DNA of 64,000 nucleotides from NCBI RefSeq assembly GCF_006345805.1, contig NC_043021.1:10726001-10790000 (forward strand), read 5' to 3'. The translations under genes and the position numbers were made by a program. A model generated the notes under the pieces. The model had not been told where the DNA came from. It saw only the letters and a list, made by a program, of their open reading frames with translations, and did not search any database. Each line of letters starts with the position of its first letter. Position 1 is the first letter of the stretch. Origin of the DNA: Octopus sinensis (Eukaryota). Positions 27,028 through 40,320 of this stretch are shown here, piece after piece.

Positions 27028-28407
27028 GTAATTGATATATATATGTATGTGTATATATATGTATATATGTGTATATAGATGTATGTATGTGTGTGTGTAT
27101 GCATATGTGTGTGTATGTATATATGTATGTATATAGATATGTATGTGTGTATGTATGTGTGTATGTATGTGTATATATGTATGTATGTGTGTGTATATAT
27201 ATGTGTGTATATGTATGTGTGTATATGTATGTGTATATATATGTATATATATATGCATGTATATGTGTGTATATATATGTGTATGTATGTATATGTCACG
27301 TGACCGACCAGTCCATCAGATGTAGTTACACATCGCTGGTCACAATGCCTTCGCATTGTTTTAGCCTTCGAATGACGCCACCCCGCTGGCTAAGCGAGCA
27401 GGCCATGTATGTATGTATGTATGTGTATATATGTATGTATGTATGTGTGTGTATGTATGTATATGTATGTATATATATGTGTATGTATGTATGTATATAT
27501 ATGTGTATGTATATATGTGTATGTATGTATATGTGTATGTATATATATGTGTATGTATATATATATGTGTATGTATGTATATATATATGTGTATGTATGT
27601 ATATATATATATGTGTATGTATGTATGTATATATATATGTATGTGTATGTATATATGTATATATATGTATGTATGTATATATATGTATATGTATGTATGT
27701 ATGTGTGTGTATGTATGTGTGTGTATGTATGTATATATATATGTATGTGTATATATATGTATATATATATATATGTGTGTATATAGATGTATGTATGTGT
27801 GTGTGTATGTATGTGTGTATGTGTATGTATATATGTATGTATGTATGTGTAATATGTATATATGTGTGTATATATATGTGGTATATATATGTGTGTGTAT
27901 ATATATATGTGTATATGTATGTGTGTATATGTATGTGTATATATATGTATAATATATGTGTATGTATGTATGTATATATATGTGTATGTATGCATGTATA
28001 TATATGTGTATGTATGTATGTATATATGTATGTGTATGTATGTATATATGTATGTGTATGTATGTATATATGTATGTGTATGTATATATGTATGTGTATG
28101 TATGTATATATATATGTATATGTATGTATGTATGTATATATGTATGTGTATGTATGTATATATATATGTGTATGTATGTATATATATATGTGTATGTATA
28201 TGTATGTGTATGTATGTATGTATATGTATATGTATGTATGTATGTATATATATATGTGTATGTATGTATATATGTATGTATATATGTATGTATATATATG
28301 TATATATGTATGTATGTATGTGTATGTATATATATATATATGTATGTATATGTATGATATATGTATGTATGTATATATGTATGTATATATGTATGTATAT
28401 ATGTATG

Positions 28408-28438
<31 letters not shown>

Positions 28439-30266
28439 ATGTATGTATGTATATGTGTGTGTGTATATATGTGTGTTATATATATGTGTGTATATATATG
28501 TGTGTTATATATGTGTGTATATATATGTATGTATATATATATATGTGTATGTATGTATGTATATATATATGTATGTGTGTATGTATATATGTATATATAT
28601 GTATGTATGTATATATATGTATATGTATGTATGTATGTGTGTGTATGTATGTGTGTGTATGTATGTATATATATATGTATGTGTATATATATGTATATAT
28701 ATATATATGTGTGTATATAGATGTATGTATGTGTGTGTGTATGTATGTGTGTATGTATGTGTGTATGTGTATGTATATATGTATGTATGTATGTGTAATA
28801 TGTATATATGTGTGTATATATATGTGTGTATATGTATGTGTGTGTATATATATATGTGTATATGTATGTGTGTATATGTATGTGTATATATATGTATATT
28901 ATGTGTATGTATGTATGTATATATATGTGTATGTATGCATGTATATATATATGTGTATGTATGTATATATGTATGTGTATGTATGTATATATGTATTGTA
29001 TGTATGTGTATATATGTATGTGTATGTATATGTATGTGTATGTATGTATATATATATGTATATGTATGTATGTATGTATATATGTATGTGTATGTATGTA
29101 TATATATATGTGTATGTATGTATATATATATGTGTATGTATATGTATGTATGTATGTATATGTATATGTAGTATGTATGTATATATATATGTGTATGTAT
29201 GTATATATGTATGTATAATATATGTGTATGTATATATGTATGTATGTATGTGTATGTATATATATATATATGTATGTATATATGTAGTATGTATGTATGT
29301 ATGTATGTATGTATGTATATATGTATGTATATATGTATGTATATATGTATGTATATATGTATGTATGTATATGTATGTATGTATGTATGTATGTATATGT
29401 ATGTGTGTATATATATGTGTGTATATATATGTGTGTATATATAGTGTGTATAATTATGTGTGTATATATGTGTGTATAATATGTATGTATATATATGTAT
29501 ATATATGTATGTGTATATATGTATGTGTATATATGTATGTAATGTATATATATGTATATATATATGTGTATATAGATGTATGTATGTGTGTGTGTATGTA
29601 TGTATGTGTGTATGTGTATATGTATGTATGTATATATGTATGTGTATATGTGTGTATGTATATGTATATGTGTGTATGTATATATGTATGTATATAGATA
29701 TGTATGTATGTATGTGTATGTATGTATGCATGTATGTGTAATATGTATATGTATGTATGTGTGTGTATATATATGTGTGTATATGTATGTGTGTATATGT
29801 ATGTGTATATATATGTATATATATATGCATGTATATGTGTGTATATATATATGTGTATGTACGTATATGTCACGTGACCGACCAGTCCATCAGATGTAGT
29901 TACACATCGCTGGTCACATGCCTTTGCATTGTTTTAGCCTTCGAATGACGCCACCCCGCTGGCTAAGCGAGCAGGCCATGTATGTATGTGTATATATATG
30001 TATGTATGTATGTATATGTGTATATATGTATGTATGTATGTGTGTGTATGTATGTATATGTATGTATATATATGTGTGTGTGTGTATGTATATGTATGTA
30101 TGTATGTATATATATATGTATGTATATATATGTGTGTATGTATATATATGTGTGTATGTATATATATATGTATGTGTATGTATGTTATATGTGTATGTAT
30201 GTATATATGTGTATGTATGTATATATGTGTATGTATGTATATAATATGTATGTGTATGTATGTATG

Positions 30267-30297
<31 letters not shown>

Positions 30298-30448
30298 ATA
30301 TATATGTGTGTGTATATATATATGTGTGTATATGTATGTGTGTGTATATGTATGTGTGTATATGTATGTGTATGTATGTATATATATATATGTATGTGTA
30401 TGTATGTATATATGTGTATGTATGTATATATATGTATGTGTATGTATG

Positions 30449-30481
<33 letters not shown>

Positions 30482-30574
30482 GTATATATATGTGTGTATA
30501 TATATGTGTGTGTATATATATGTGTGTGTATATATATGTATGTGTATATATATGTATGTATATATATATGTATG

Positions 30575-30627
<53 letters not shown>

Positions 30628-33600
30628 GTAATTGTATATATATGTATGTGTATATATATGTATATATGTGTATATAGATGTATGTATGTGTGTGTGTATG
30701 CATATGTGTGTGTATGTATATATGTATGTATATAGATATGTATGTGTGTATGTATGTATGCATGTATGTGTAATATGTATGTATGTGTGTGTATATATAT
30801 GTGTGTATATGTATGTGTGTATATGTATGTGTATATATATGTATATATATATGCATGTATATGTGTGTATATATATGTGTATGTTGTATATGTCACGTGA
30901 CCGACCAGTCCATCAGATGTAGTTACACATCGCTGGTCACAATGCCTTCGCATTGTTTTAGCCTTCGAATGACGCCACCCCGCTGGCTAAGCGAGCAGGC
31001 CATGTATGTATGTATGTATGTGTATATATGTATGTATGTATGGTGTGTATGTATGTTGTATGTATGTATATATATGTGTATGTATGTATGTATATATATG
31101 TGTATGTATATATGTGTGATGTATGTATATGTGTATGTAGATATATGTGTATGTATATATATATGTGTATGTATGTATATAATATGTGTATGTATGTATA
31201 TATATATATGTGTATGTATGTATGTATATATATATTATGTGTATGTATATATGTTATATATGTATGTATGTATATATGTATATGTATGTATGTATGTGTG
31301 TGTATGTATGTGTGTGTATGTATGTATATATATATGTATGTGTATATATGTATATATATATATATGTGTGGTATATATATGTATGTGTGTGTGTATGTAT
31401 GTGTGTATGTGTATTATATATGTATGTATGTATGTGTAATATGTATATATGTGTGTATATATATGTGTGTATATGTATGTGTGTGTATATATATATGTGT
31501 ATATGTATGTGTGTATATGTATGTGTATATATATGTATATATATGTGTATGTATGTATGTATATATATGTGTATGTATGCATGTATATATATATGTGTAT
31601 GTATGTATATATGTATGTGTATGTATGTATATATGTATGTGTATGTATGTATATATGTATGTGTATGTATGTATATATGTATGTGTATGTATGTATATAT
31701 ATATGTATATGTATGTATGTATGTATATATGTATGTGTATGTATGTATAATATATGTGTATGTATGTATATATATATGTATATGTATTGTATGTATGTAT
31801 GTTATATGTATGTATGTTATATGTATGTATGTATGTATATATATATGTGTATGTATGTATATATGTATGTATATATGTATGTATATATATGTATATATGT
31901 ATGTATGTATGTGTATGATATATATATATATGTATGATATATGTATGTATATATGTATGTATGTATATATGTATGTATATATGTATGTATATATGTATGT
32001 ATATATGTATGTATGTATATGTATGTATGTATATGTATGTATGTATATGTATGTGTGTATATATATGTGTGTATATATATGTGTGTTATATATATGTGTA
32101 TATATATGTGTGTATATATATGTATGTATATATATATGTGTATGTATGTATGTATATATATATGTATGTGTATGTATATATTATATATATGTATGTATGT
32201 ATATATATGTATATGTATGTATGTATGTGTGTGTATGTATGTGTGTGTATGTATGTATATATATATGTATGTATATATATGTATAATATATATATGTGTG
32301 TATATAGATGTATGTATGTGTGTGTATGTATGTGTGTATGTATGTGTGTATGTGTATGTATATATGTATGTATGTATGTGTAATATGTATATATGTGTGT
32401 ATATATATGTGTGTATATGTATGTGTGTGTATATATATGTGTATATGTATGTGTGTATATGTATGTGTATATATATGTATATATATATGTATGTATATAT
32501 GTAGTATGTATATGTATATATGTATGTATGTGTATATGTATATATGTGTATGTATGTATGTATGTGTATGATGTATGTATGTATGTAGTATATATGTATG
32601 TGTGTATGTATGTATATTATGTGTATGTATGTAATATGTATGTATGTAGTGTATATGTATGTATGTATGTGTATGTATGTATATATATATGTGTATGTAT
32701 GTATATATATATGTGTATGTATATGTATGTATGTATGTATATGTATATGTATGTATGTATGTATATATATATTGTGTATGTATGTATATATGTATGTATA
32801 TATGTATGTATGTATATATGTATGTATGTATGTGTATGTATATATATATATATGTATGTATATATGTATGTATATATGTATGTATGTATATATGTATGTA
32901 TATATGTATGTATATATGTATGTATATATGTATGTATGTATATGTATGTATGTATATGTATGTATGTATATGTATGTGTGTATATATATGTGTGTATATA
33001 TATGTGTGTATATATATGTGTGTATATATATGTGTGTATATATGTGTGTATATATATGTATGTATATATATGTATATATATGTATGTGTATATATATGTA
33101 TGTGTATATATATGTAATTGTATATATATGTATATATATATGTGTATATAGATGTATGTATGTGTGTGTGTATGTATGTATGTGTGTATGTGTATATGTA
33201 TGTATGTATATATGTATGTGTATATGTGTGTATGTATATGTATATGTGTGTATGTATATATGTATGTATATAGATATGTATGTATGTATGTGTATGTATG
33301 TATGTATGCCTGTATGTGTATATGTATATGTATGTATGTTTGTGTATATATATGTGTGTATATGTATGTGTGTATAGTGTGTGTATATATATATCTATGT
33401 ATGTATGTATGTATGTGTGTGATATATATATGTGTAGTACGTATATGTCACGTGACCGACCAGTCCATCAGATGTAGTTACACATCGCTGGTCACATGCC
33501 TTTGCATTGTTTTAGCCTTCGAATGACGCCACCCCGCTGGCTAAGCGAGCAGGCCATGTATGTATGTGTATATATATGTATGTATGTATGTATATGTGTA

Positions 33601-34120
33601 TATATGTATGTATGTATGTGTGTGTATGTATGTATATGTATGTATATATATGTGTGTGTGTGTATGTATATGTATGTATGTATGTATATATATATGTATG
33701 TATATATGTGTGTATGTATATATATGTGTGTATGTATATATATATGTATGTGTATGTATGTATATATATATATACACACATATATGTATGTATACTGCTT
33801 CTGTGCAGGGATAGGTATGTATATATATATATATATACACATATATATATACACATATATATATATATACACACATATATATACGTATGTGTGTGTGTAT
33901 ATGTTTGTATGTCTGTGTTTGTCCCCCGTTTGGGCAAGTGTGTGGATTTGGTAGAGGGAAACTGAAAGAAGTGTTTACGTCCCAGTAACTTAGCGGTTTG
34001 GCAAGAGACTGATAAATTAAATACTAGGCTTACAAAGAATAAGTCCTGAGGTCGATTTGGTCGACTAAAGGTGGTGCTCCAGCATGGCCAGAGTCAAATG
34101 ACTGAAACAAGTAAAAGAGA
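26091..34120 (+). mobile_element. Family B SINE stretched by a 7.65-kb internal array
   Basis: Head at 26091-26250 and tail at 33911-34120, in the same order and orientation as the 18786-19137 copy. Confidence 0.75.
26251..33910. repeat. Compound (TA/TG/TATG)n microsatellite array with four ~109-bp islands
   Basis: Islands at 27296-27404, 29870-29977, 30893-31001 and 33448-33555. Confidence 0.97.
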
Positions 34121-34204
34121 ATGAAAATGGAAATAGTTTAGAGCTGATTTCTATGCCTCTGCTGGCAAGAAAAGGATTCTAAGTGAAGGGTATTTAGTTT
34201 GATG

Positions 34205-34530
34205 CTTGTGTTGCTACATGGTAGCGAAAACATGGGGCATTAACTGTAAAGAATGTACAAAGGATGGAAAAATATGAGGCAAGAATGCATGTTCTGCCGG
34301 ATGTGTAATGTTGGTGTACACAAACAATGGCATAAATGAAGGGAAAGAAAATAGGGCGCAAGACGAATTATTAGCTGTAGTGTATGAAAGAGATCTTTTT
34401 GATATGGACATGTGATGATAGTAAAGAAGTGACTAGTGATCCAGATAGGAGGAACTTGTGGAAGAGAAAGACGTGGGATAAAGTAGTGAAAGTTCATCTC
34501 AGGAGGCTTAACCTCACGAAGGAGATAACA
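34205..34530 (+). mobile_element. Highly degenerate RTE LINE 3' fragment
   Basis: Broken motifs LLHGSE(T)W, YGHVM and GTCGR...TWD. Confidence 0.55.
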
Positions 34531-34741
34531 AAGGATCACAAGCAGTGATGAGGTTTTGTACTGGAAACAACCCCTCAGTGTCAGATGTAAAAATGATCCA
34601 ATGATTAACCTCCAAGATTCGTCTTATATTCATCAGTGTTGAGAAACACAAAAGGGTCCTTTTTTTTTTTTCAAATGTTGTAAACCAGAGGTTCAGATAA
34701 ATCAACAATTTAAAAAGAAGAAACTACCAAAATGAAGCTCA

Positions 34742-34828
34742 TCAGCTCCTTCGGTCTCTGTTCTCTTTCTTCGCAATTACCAGTTGGATGAACTTGATTT
34801 TGTGGCCTTCATGCTCAAACGTAGTAGT
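34742..34828 (-). CDS. Candidate terminal coding exon of the EGF-repeat receptor
   Basis: Strong acceptor tttctttctttcttttttgtag. The phase-0 reading gives TTTFEHEGHKIKFIQLVIAKKENRDRRS*. It is the best acceptor I found downstream of the YxxM exon, but it has no homology support. Confidence 0.55.
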   Translation of the reverse strand, partial: TTTFEHEGHKIKFIQLVIAKKENRDRRS

Positions 34829-34971
34829 CTACAAAAAAGAAAGAAAGAAAAATGTGTTTCTCTCAAAATTAATTTATCATCAATCAAAGAAAGATTGTAG
34901 GAAACTGAATTCAATTCCAGCAATTCTACAACATCCAAATTTTAATTCCTAGATTTACACAACTCGTCATC

Positions 34972-35216
34972 ATCATGGCTCAGCTTCGCGAACGAAAATC
35001 AGGAAGGCTGTCCACATCGTGTGCATGCACACTCATGTCTGACAAGTCCGATACGGGAAAGGCAGGTCCATGAGCAGTGTCCACAGACAAAGGTAACATC
35101 CAGTGTGGCGTCAGAGGCAGCTCACACCTTCCTCCTGCGTCTCTTGTCTTTAAGCGCGTCTCTTCTCTGTTCATCTAACTCGCTGACTGCGTTGAAGATC
35201 GTGTGGCGCCAGACAT
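34972..35216 (-). mobile_element. RTE-type LINE 3' fragment with C-terminal zinc-finger-like motif
   Basis: WRHTIFNAVSELDEQRRDALKDKRRRRK...FVCGHCSWTCLSRIGLVRHECAC, followed by an (ATG)n tail. Confidence 0.7.
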
Positions 35217-35236
35217 CAATACACACTCATCTCTCT

Positions 35237-35417
35237 CTATCCGCTCAGTCGAAGTCGACTCTTGGTCACTCGTTGGATCAGTGTCCTCCAGTCAGTTCTA
35301 TCCTGAGCCGCTTCCTTCAGATTGGCCATGTCCATTCCGGTATCACTCCTAATGGTGTCAAGCCAGCGGGTTCTTGGTCGGCCTCTTCCTCTCTTGCCAC
35401 TGACTATTCCGAGCATA
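35237..35417 (-). mobile_element. RTE-clade LINE 3' fragment
   Basis: LGIVSGKRGRGRPRTRWLDTIRSDTG...LKEAAQDRTDWRTLIQRVTKSRLRL. Confidence 0.8.
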
Positions 35418-36181
35418 CTCATACACACATGTATAACAACAGTCTTATATATAAATACACACAATGAATTAGTTGCAAAAAGTATAATCACTTACAAGAT
35501 ATAAATTGTAGTTTAGTTTTCCTCTAAAGTAACTTCATTTTCATAGCAGCCATCTGTATTGTTGGTAATAGGTTGGTCATGTGCATCTTGGTTCTTTAAC
35601 AGAATCTAAATATACAATACGGAAGTTTTAATTAATCAGTACTAAATATCAGAAGCCATATCTTAGATTCCAGAAAACCATTATTAGAGAATAATATGTT
35701 GCTGGAGGAGGTAATAAAATTGTTTGGCTATATCAGTGACAGAGATCAATAGAATCATCATCATAAGTACTAGGCTTACAAAGAATAAGTCCTGGGGTCG
35801 ATTTACTCGACTAAAAGGCGGTGCTCCAGCATGGCCGCAGTCAAATGACTGAAACAAGTAAAAGAGTAAAGAGAGTATCATCATAGTCCAGTGTCTGTCT
35901 TCCATGCATGGGTAAGATGGTTGACAGGAGCCAGCCAGGTAGGAAACTACCTTGTTTTGGCAGGGTTGCATAGTGTAGGTTCAATGACTACCAGGCAATA
36001 ACATGGGCTCTCAGAAATTCCAAGTTGGTGATGGACAACCTGGAAGACCTCTGACTGTTGGGTAGCCCTTAGCTTTCATCAAAGCATGTCTCTAGGGGAA
36101 ATTGTCACTCTGATATAAAACAAATATGCAAAGAATGACATTAAGCATTTTAGGGGTCGTTTGCTTATGGTCAAGGTAATA

Positions 36182-36271
36182 TGCGAAGAATATGGTCATC
36201 ATTGGGATATGACTCTGGAGGAAGCAATTGCAACAAATTCTCCAAAACAAGTCAGAGATCTGTTTGCAGAT
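36182..36271 (+). mobile_element. Probable Helitron RepHel fragment
   Basis: EEYGHHWDMTLEEAIATNSPKQVRDLFA resembles the WxxTLxEA...SPxQxRxLFA motif I recall from Helitron proteins. Confidence 0.5.
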
Positions 36272-36329
36272 CTTCCCATTTGGGGTCAGTTGCTTAAAAG
36301 CTATATACTAGCTTAAAGTTTGTCCTATA

Positions 36330-36630
36330 GTAGCAGTAATAGTAGTAACAGTAGTAGATGGCGAGTAGTAGTAGTAGTAGTAGCAGCAGCAGTAGTTGTG
36401 GTAGTAGTAATCATAGTAATAATAGTGGTGGTAGTAGCAGCAAACAACAGAATTGCAATGTAGTGGTATGGTGATGGTGATTGAGGTAGTAGTAGATGGT
36501 GAGTAGCAGCAATAGTAGATGGTGAGTAGTAGTAGAAGCAGCAGCAGTAGTTGTGGTAGTAGTAGTAATAGTGGTGGTGGTAGTAGTAGTAATAGTGGTG
36601 GTAGTGGTAGCAAACAACAGAATTGCAATG
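36330..36630. repeat. (GTA/GTG/GCA)n trinucleotide tract with internal duplication
   Basis: gcaaacaacagaattgcaatg occurs twice (about 36440 and 36610). Confidence 0.9.
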
Positions 36631-37152
36631 AATATTTGATTTTAAAAAAAAGGAAAGTGATCTGAAGATAAATAAAAGAGGGAGGAAATTCGAGAAATAA
36701 GTATTTTTGAGGTTAAGTACATACAAAGCCGTCTGTGTGTGTGTGTTATTTATGTAATGCTGAATATACACACAGTTTTAAATAACAAACACAGTCATAG
36801 CTGTGTGGTAAAAAACTTGCTTCCCAACCACATGGTTCCAGGTTCAGCCCCACTGCGTAGCACCTTGAACAAGTGTCTTCTACTATAGCCTCAGGCTGAC
36901 CAATGCCTTGTGAGTGGATTTGATAGATGGAAACTGAAAGAAGTCTGTTACTTTCATATATATATATATATATATGAATAATAAATAAATGCGCCCTTTT
37001 AAAGCCTAGCCAGGCTCATGGGCCCAGTTTCCCAGTTTCAATGGCGTATGTGTTCTGCCCAGCTGGATGGGACGCCAGTCCATTGCAGCGTTACTCATTT
37101 TTGCCAGCTGAGTGGACTGGAGCAACGTGAAATATATATATATATATAAAAC

Positions 37153-37289
37153 AATAAGTAATGGAGCAATAATAACAGTTAGAAGTGGATCATTGGTGTT
37201 TTTTGAAGTCATTCAATAACGTTATTAAATGACTTTAAAAAACACCAATGATCCACTTCTAACAGTTATTATTATCTCCATTACTTATT
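37153..37289. repeat. 137-bp spacer-less imperfect palindrome
   Basis: Centred on aataac|gttatt (37220/37221), with about 4 differences between arms. Confidence 0.9.
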
Positions 37290-37542
37290 ATTAGCTCCAT
37301 TACTTATCGTTTTCTTTATATATATATTAAACTACAGTTTTACCTTTAAATTACCTACTTTCGTATACCTTATAACAAGGACCATACATACTGAGGTAAT
37401 ACCAGGAGTGCCTTTGGTTACATCTATCCCTTAGACGGTTACATTACCTCTAACTTACATCTTACACAACCTATCTATCTATCTATATATATATATAGAC
37501 ACAGCGTGTATATATATATATATACACACTCACACATGTATG

Positions 37543-37592
<50 letters not shown>

Positions 37593-37620
37593 CGAGAAAG
37601 AAGCAACAAGAATGGATAGG

Positions 37621-37709
37621 TTTTAGTACAATCATTTCATACAAGGACAGGCTTATTAAAAGTTGTAAAAATTACAGCAATAAACATGTCCCGTACTCAT
37701 CAGCTAAAA
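37621..37709 (-). ncRNA. Type I hammerhead ribozyme in the inverted 5' pseudo-LTR
   Basis: Same fold on the - strand: ttttag CUGAUGA gtacgggaca...tgtccttgtat GAAA U gauu GUA cuaaaa. Position 15.2 is U rather than C. Confidence 0.75.
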
Positions 37710-37757
37710 TACATGTGAGTTCTCTAGACATCCTAGTGGTTGAGGCTATACTCATGA

Positions 37758-39046
37758 TAGATGATATTAGCTTCAAGGAACACCCGTTAAGATATAACCC
37801 TCACCTTAGACACCTTAGGAACTTTATTCAGTCAACCCGGTGCAAACATGGAATCCTAGTACCAGCAGATTAAAACGGGTAATATGTATAGAGTTGATTA
37901 CGATATTTATAGCAAATTAATTAGGAAGGAACTAAACTCCAAATATAAAATTACGACTAAGAACAACTTGAAAAAAGTAACATGGAAATGAAAGAGATCA
38001 TGGAGAAACTAAATTTAACGGATAGAACGGAGCCACTAAAACCGTGTGAGCCCAGGATCAACCTTAAAGACCACAAAAAGAACTTCTTGGAAAACCCTTC
38101 GGTAAGGCTGATCTGTCCAACTAAGTCGGACATTGGCCGACTTAGTAAATCTATCCTGGATAGTGTTCTACCCCAAATAACCCCTCTCTCCCCTTAAACT
38201 ATGGCTAAGTACGGATGAAGTTCAAATGGTTAACTCTCTAACTAATACTAGTAGTCTGTCCTTTATTCAGTTCGATATTAATAGTTATTACTCAAGTATT
38301 TCCCCTATCTTACTCAACAAATCACTAATATTTGCCATGAATCGCTCCCTCATATCTAGAGAAGAAATCAATATTGTGCTACTAGCTAGGAAGACATTTA
38401 TAGAATTTGAAGATAAATTATGGACTAGAGCAGATACACCTAATTTTTTGATATACCAATGGGTTCCAGTGATTCGGCTGAGGTAACCAACCTAGTGGGC
38501 ACATATCTATTAAAATGCATAAGCAAGGATATACCAGAAATACAGTGGGGTCTATATAGGGATGATGCTCTGTTTGTTATCCCTAGTAATAATAAATCTG
38601 TTATAGAAAGGATTAGAAAGAAAATTAATAAGTTCTTTAAGGATTTCAACCGCGGTATAACGTATGAACCGGGCACTAAAATAGTTAACTTCCTAGATAT
38701 TATGCTAGACCTTAACTCCAAGCTACATTACCCATTTAGAAAGGAAGGCGAAATCACGAATTACGTAAATAAATTATCAAATCATCCCCCAAATATAATA
38801 GAATCTTTAGTAAGAAATATTTCATTAAGAATTTCAAAATTATCATCCAATAAGGATATATTTAACTCCCATTCTGAGCATTATAATGAGGCGTTAACTA
38901 AGGCTGGATACAACCAAAAGATTACATTCGTTGATAAGGGGAACTCACGTATTCCTAATAATGAAGTTATCAGTAATCACATAAGCAGCAATACAGACCA
39001 AGCCCGAAATAAAAGTAGAATTAAATTAATGGTAACGCTAATCTAG
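37758..39046 (+). pseudogene. PLE reverse transcriptase, broken by stops and frameshifts
   Basis: Motifs across frames: VPAD/KTGNMY, LKDHKKNFLENPSVRLICPTKSDIG, FIQFDINSYYSSIS, MGSSDSAEV, GLYRDD (YRDD at 38555-38566), VNFLDIMLDL, NYVNKLSNHPPNII. Confidence 0.88.
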
Positions 39047-39895
39047 CGTACAGGCCCAACAATTCAAATAGAAGCATTGACCAGAACATAGGTAACTCGG
39101 ATAATATTGAAGTAGATAAACCTAAGATGCACACAAATAAAAATAAAAATAATGGTAATAAATACAATAACTCCGGTGAGATGAATAGTAGTAATTCTAC
39201 GAACCCTAAATTAATAAAAGATATATTATGGCTGAATATCCCTTTCAACTGTGCGATACAATCGGATATACAGAACAAATTCAAAGTAATTCTGGAAAAA
39301 AATTCCCTATCTCTCATAGATATCATAGAATTATATCTAGGAAAACAGTTAGGATTTCTTATTCAACCCTCCCAAATATGTCCACTTTAATAGCTAGATT
39401 AATAATAAAAACATTAAACTAGCCAGGAAAGATAGAAATAAAAATAATAATATCAGCATGAATACCAATAGCAATTATAATAATACTACCAACAATAAAA
39501 ACAACAATAGTAACTATCAAAACATAGGTGAAATTAGTAACCACAGAATGACTAATAACATTAACATTAATAGTAATAATAAATGCCGATATTAATAGAA
39601 GTAATAATGTTAATAATAGAAATAATAGATATAAAGCTAATGGAAAACAAGGAGAATGAAAATATCAGTGATATTATAACAGCAATATGCAGTCGGATAA
39701 AGACTAACAATAATAGTAACATTACCAATAATAAGAAATCATGGTAGGACTTTAAACCTAAATGATGAAGCTGAAGGATCAATAAATAATAGCAATACTT
39801 TAGATATCAGCACCAACTATAGAAATGATAATCAAAATAATAGGAACCTAAGACATCTACCCAAGAATAATCCAAAGCCTGAAGTTGCTCCTCCT

Positions 39896-40320
39896 GTGTG
39901 TAAGTGTAGAATAAAATCAAAATGCCCGGCACCTGGTCTATGTGGGGAAAATAATGTAATCTATAAATGTACCATATCCACGGAGAATAACAAATATCTT
40001 TACGTTGGATGTACAATTAATTTTCTAGCCAGAGTTAGAAATCACATCTCGTCTTTTAAATTACGTCATAAAGCTGGTACCACCACACTTTCAAACAAAA
40101 TCTGGGAACTCAAAAATAATAATAAAAATATAAACCTTAATTGGGAATAGTTAGGAGAGCAATTCCGTATAAAAATAGTAGGGTTGGTTGCCAACTATGC
40201 TCCATGGAGACGTATGAAATTCTAAAGCATAGAAAACATAGTAACTTATTGAATAATCATATCGAACTAGGTCAAGTTTGTGTCCAAGCTAAATTGAAGA
40301 CTTTAAAATATTTTAAATGA
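39896..40320 (+). pseudogene. PLE C-terminal GIY-YIG endonuclease with Cys motif
   Basis: CKCRIKSKCPAPGLCGENNVIYKC...YVGCT...RVRNH...TTLSNKIWELK. After a stop/frameshift near 40150 it continues PYKNSRVGCQLCSMETYEIL...LLN...to TGA at 40320. Confidence 0.85.

Noticed and set aside
27296-27404. Island as a hammerhead (CTGATGG on the - strand)
   Set aside because: The core is CUGAUGG rather than CUGANGA, there is no correctly placed GAAA and there is no NUH triplet before the candidate stem I.
27296-33555. Repeat-spacer-repeat pattern suggesting CRISPR
   Set aside because: The repeats are ~109 bp, the spacers are 1-2.5 kb of microsatellite, the context is eukaryotic and there are no cas genes.
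26194-33965. Very long ORFs (up to 700 aa) rich in M/Y/V/C/I or H/I/Y/T
   Set aside because: These are translations of (TA/TG/TATG)n, which rarely contains stops. They are open in several frames on both strands and have no splice or domain signal. The same applies to 11454-11961, 22563-23123 and similar ORFs.
39896-40320. Selenocysteine-encoding PLE, as I recall for some Naiad-type elements
   Set aside because: The conserved Cys positions I read are TGT/TGC, and the interrupting stops I checked are TAA/TAG or frameshifts, not in-frame TGA.
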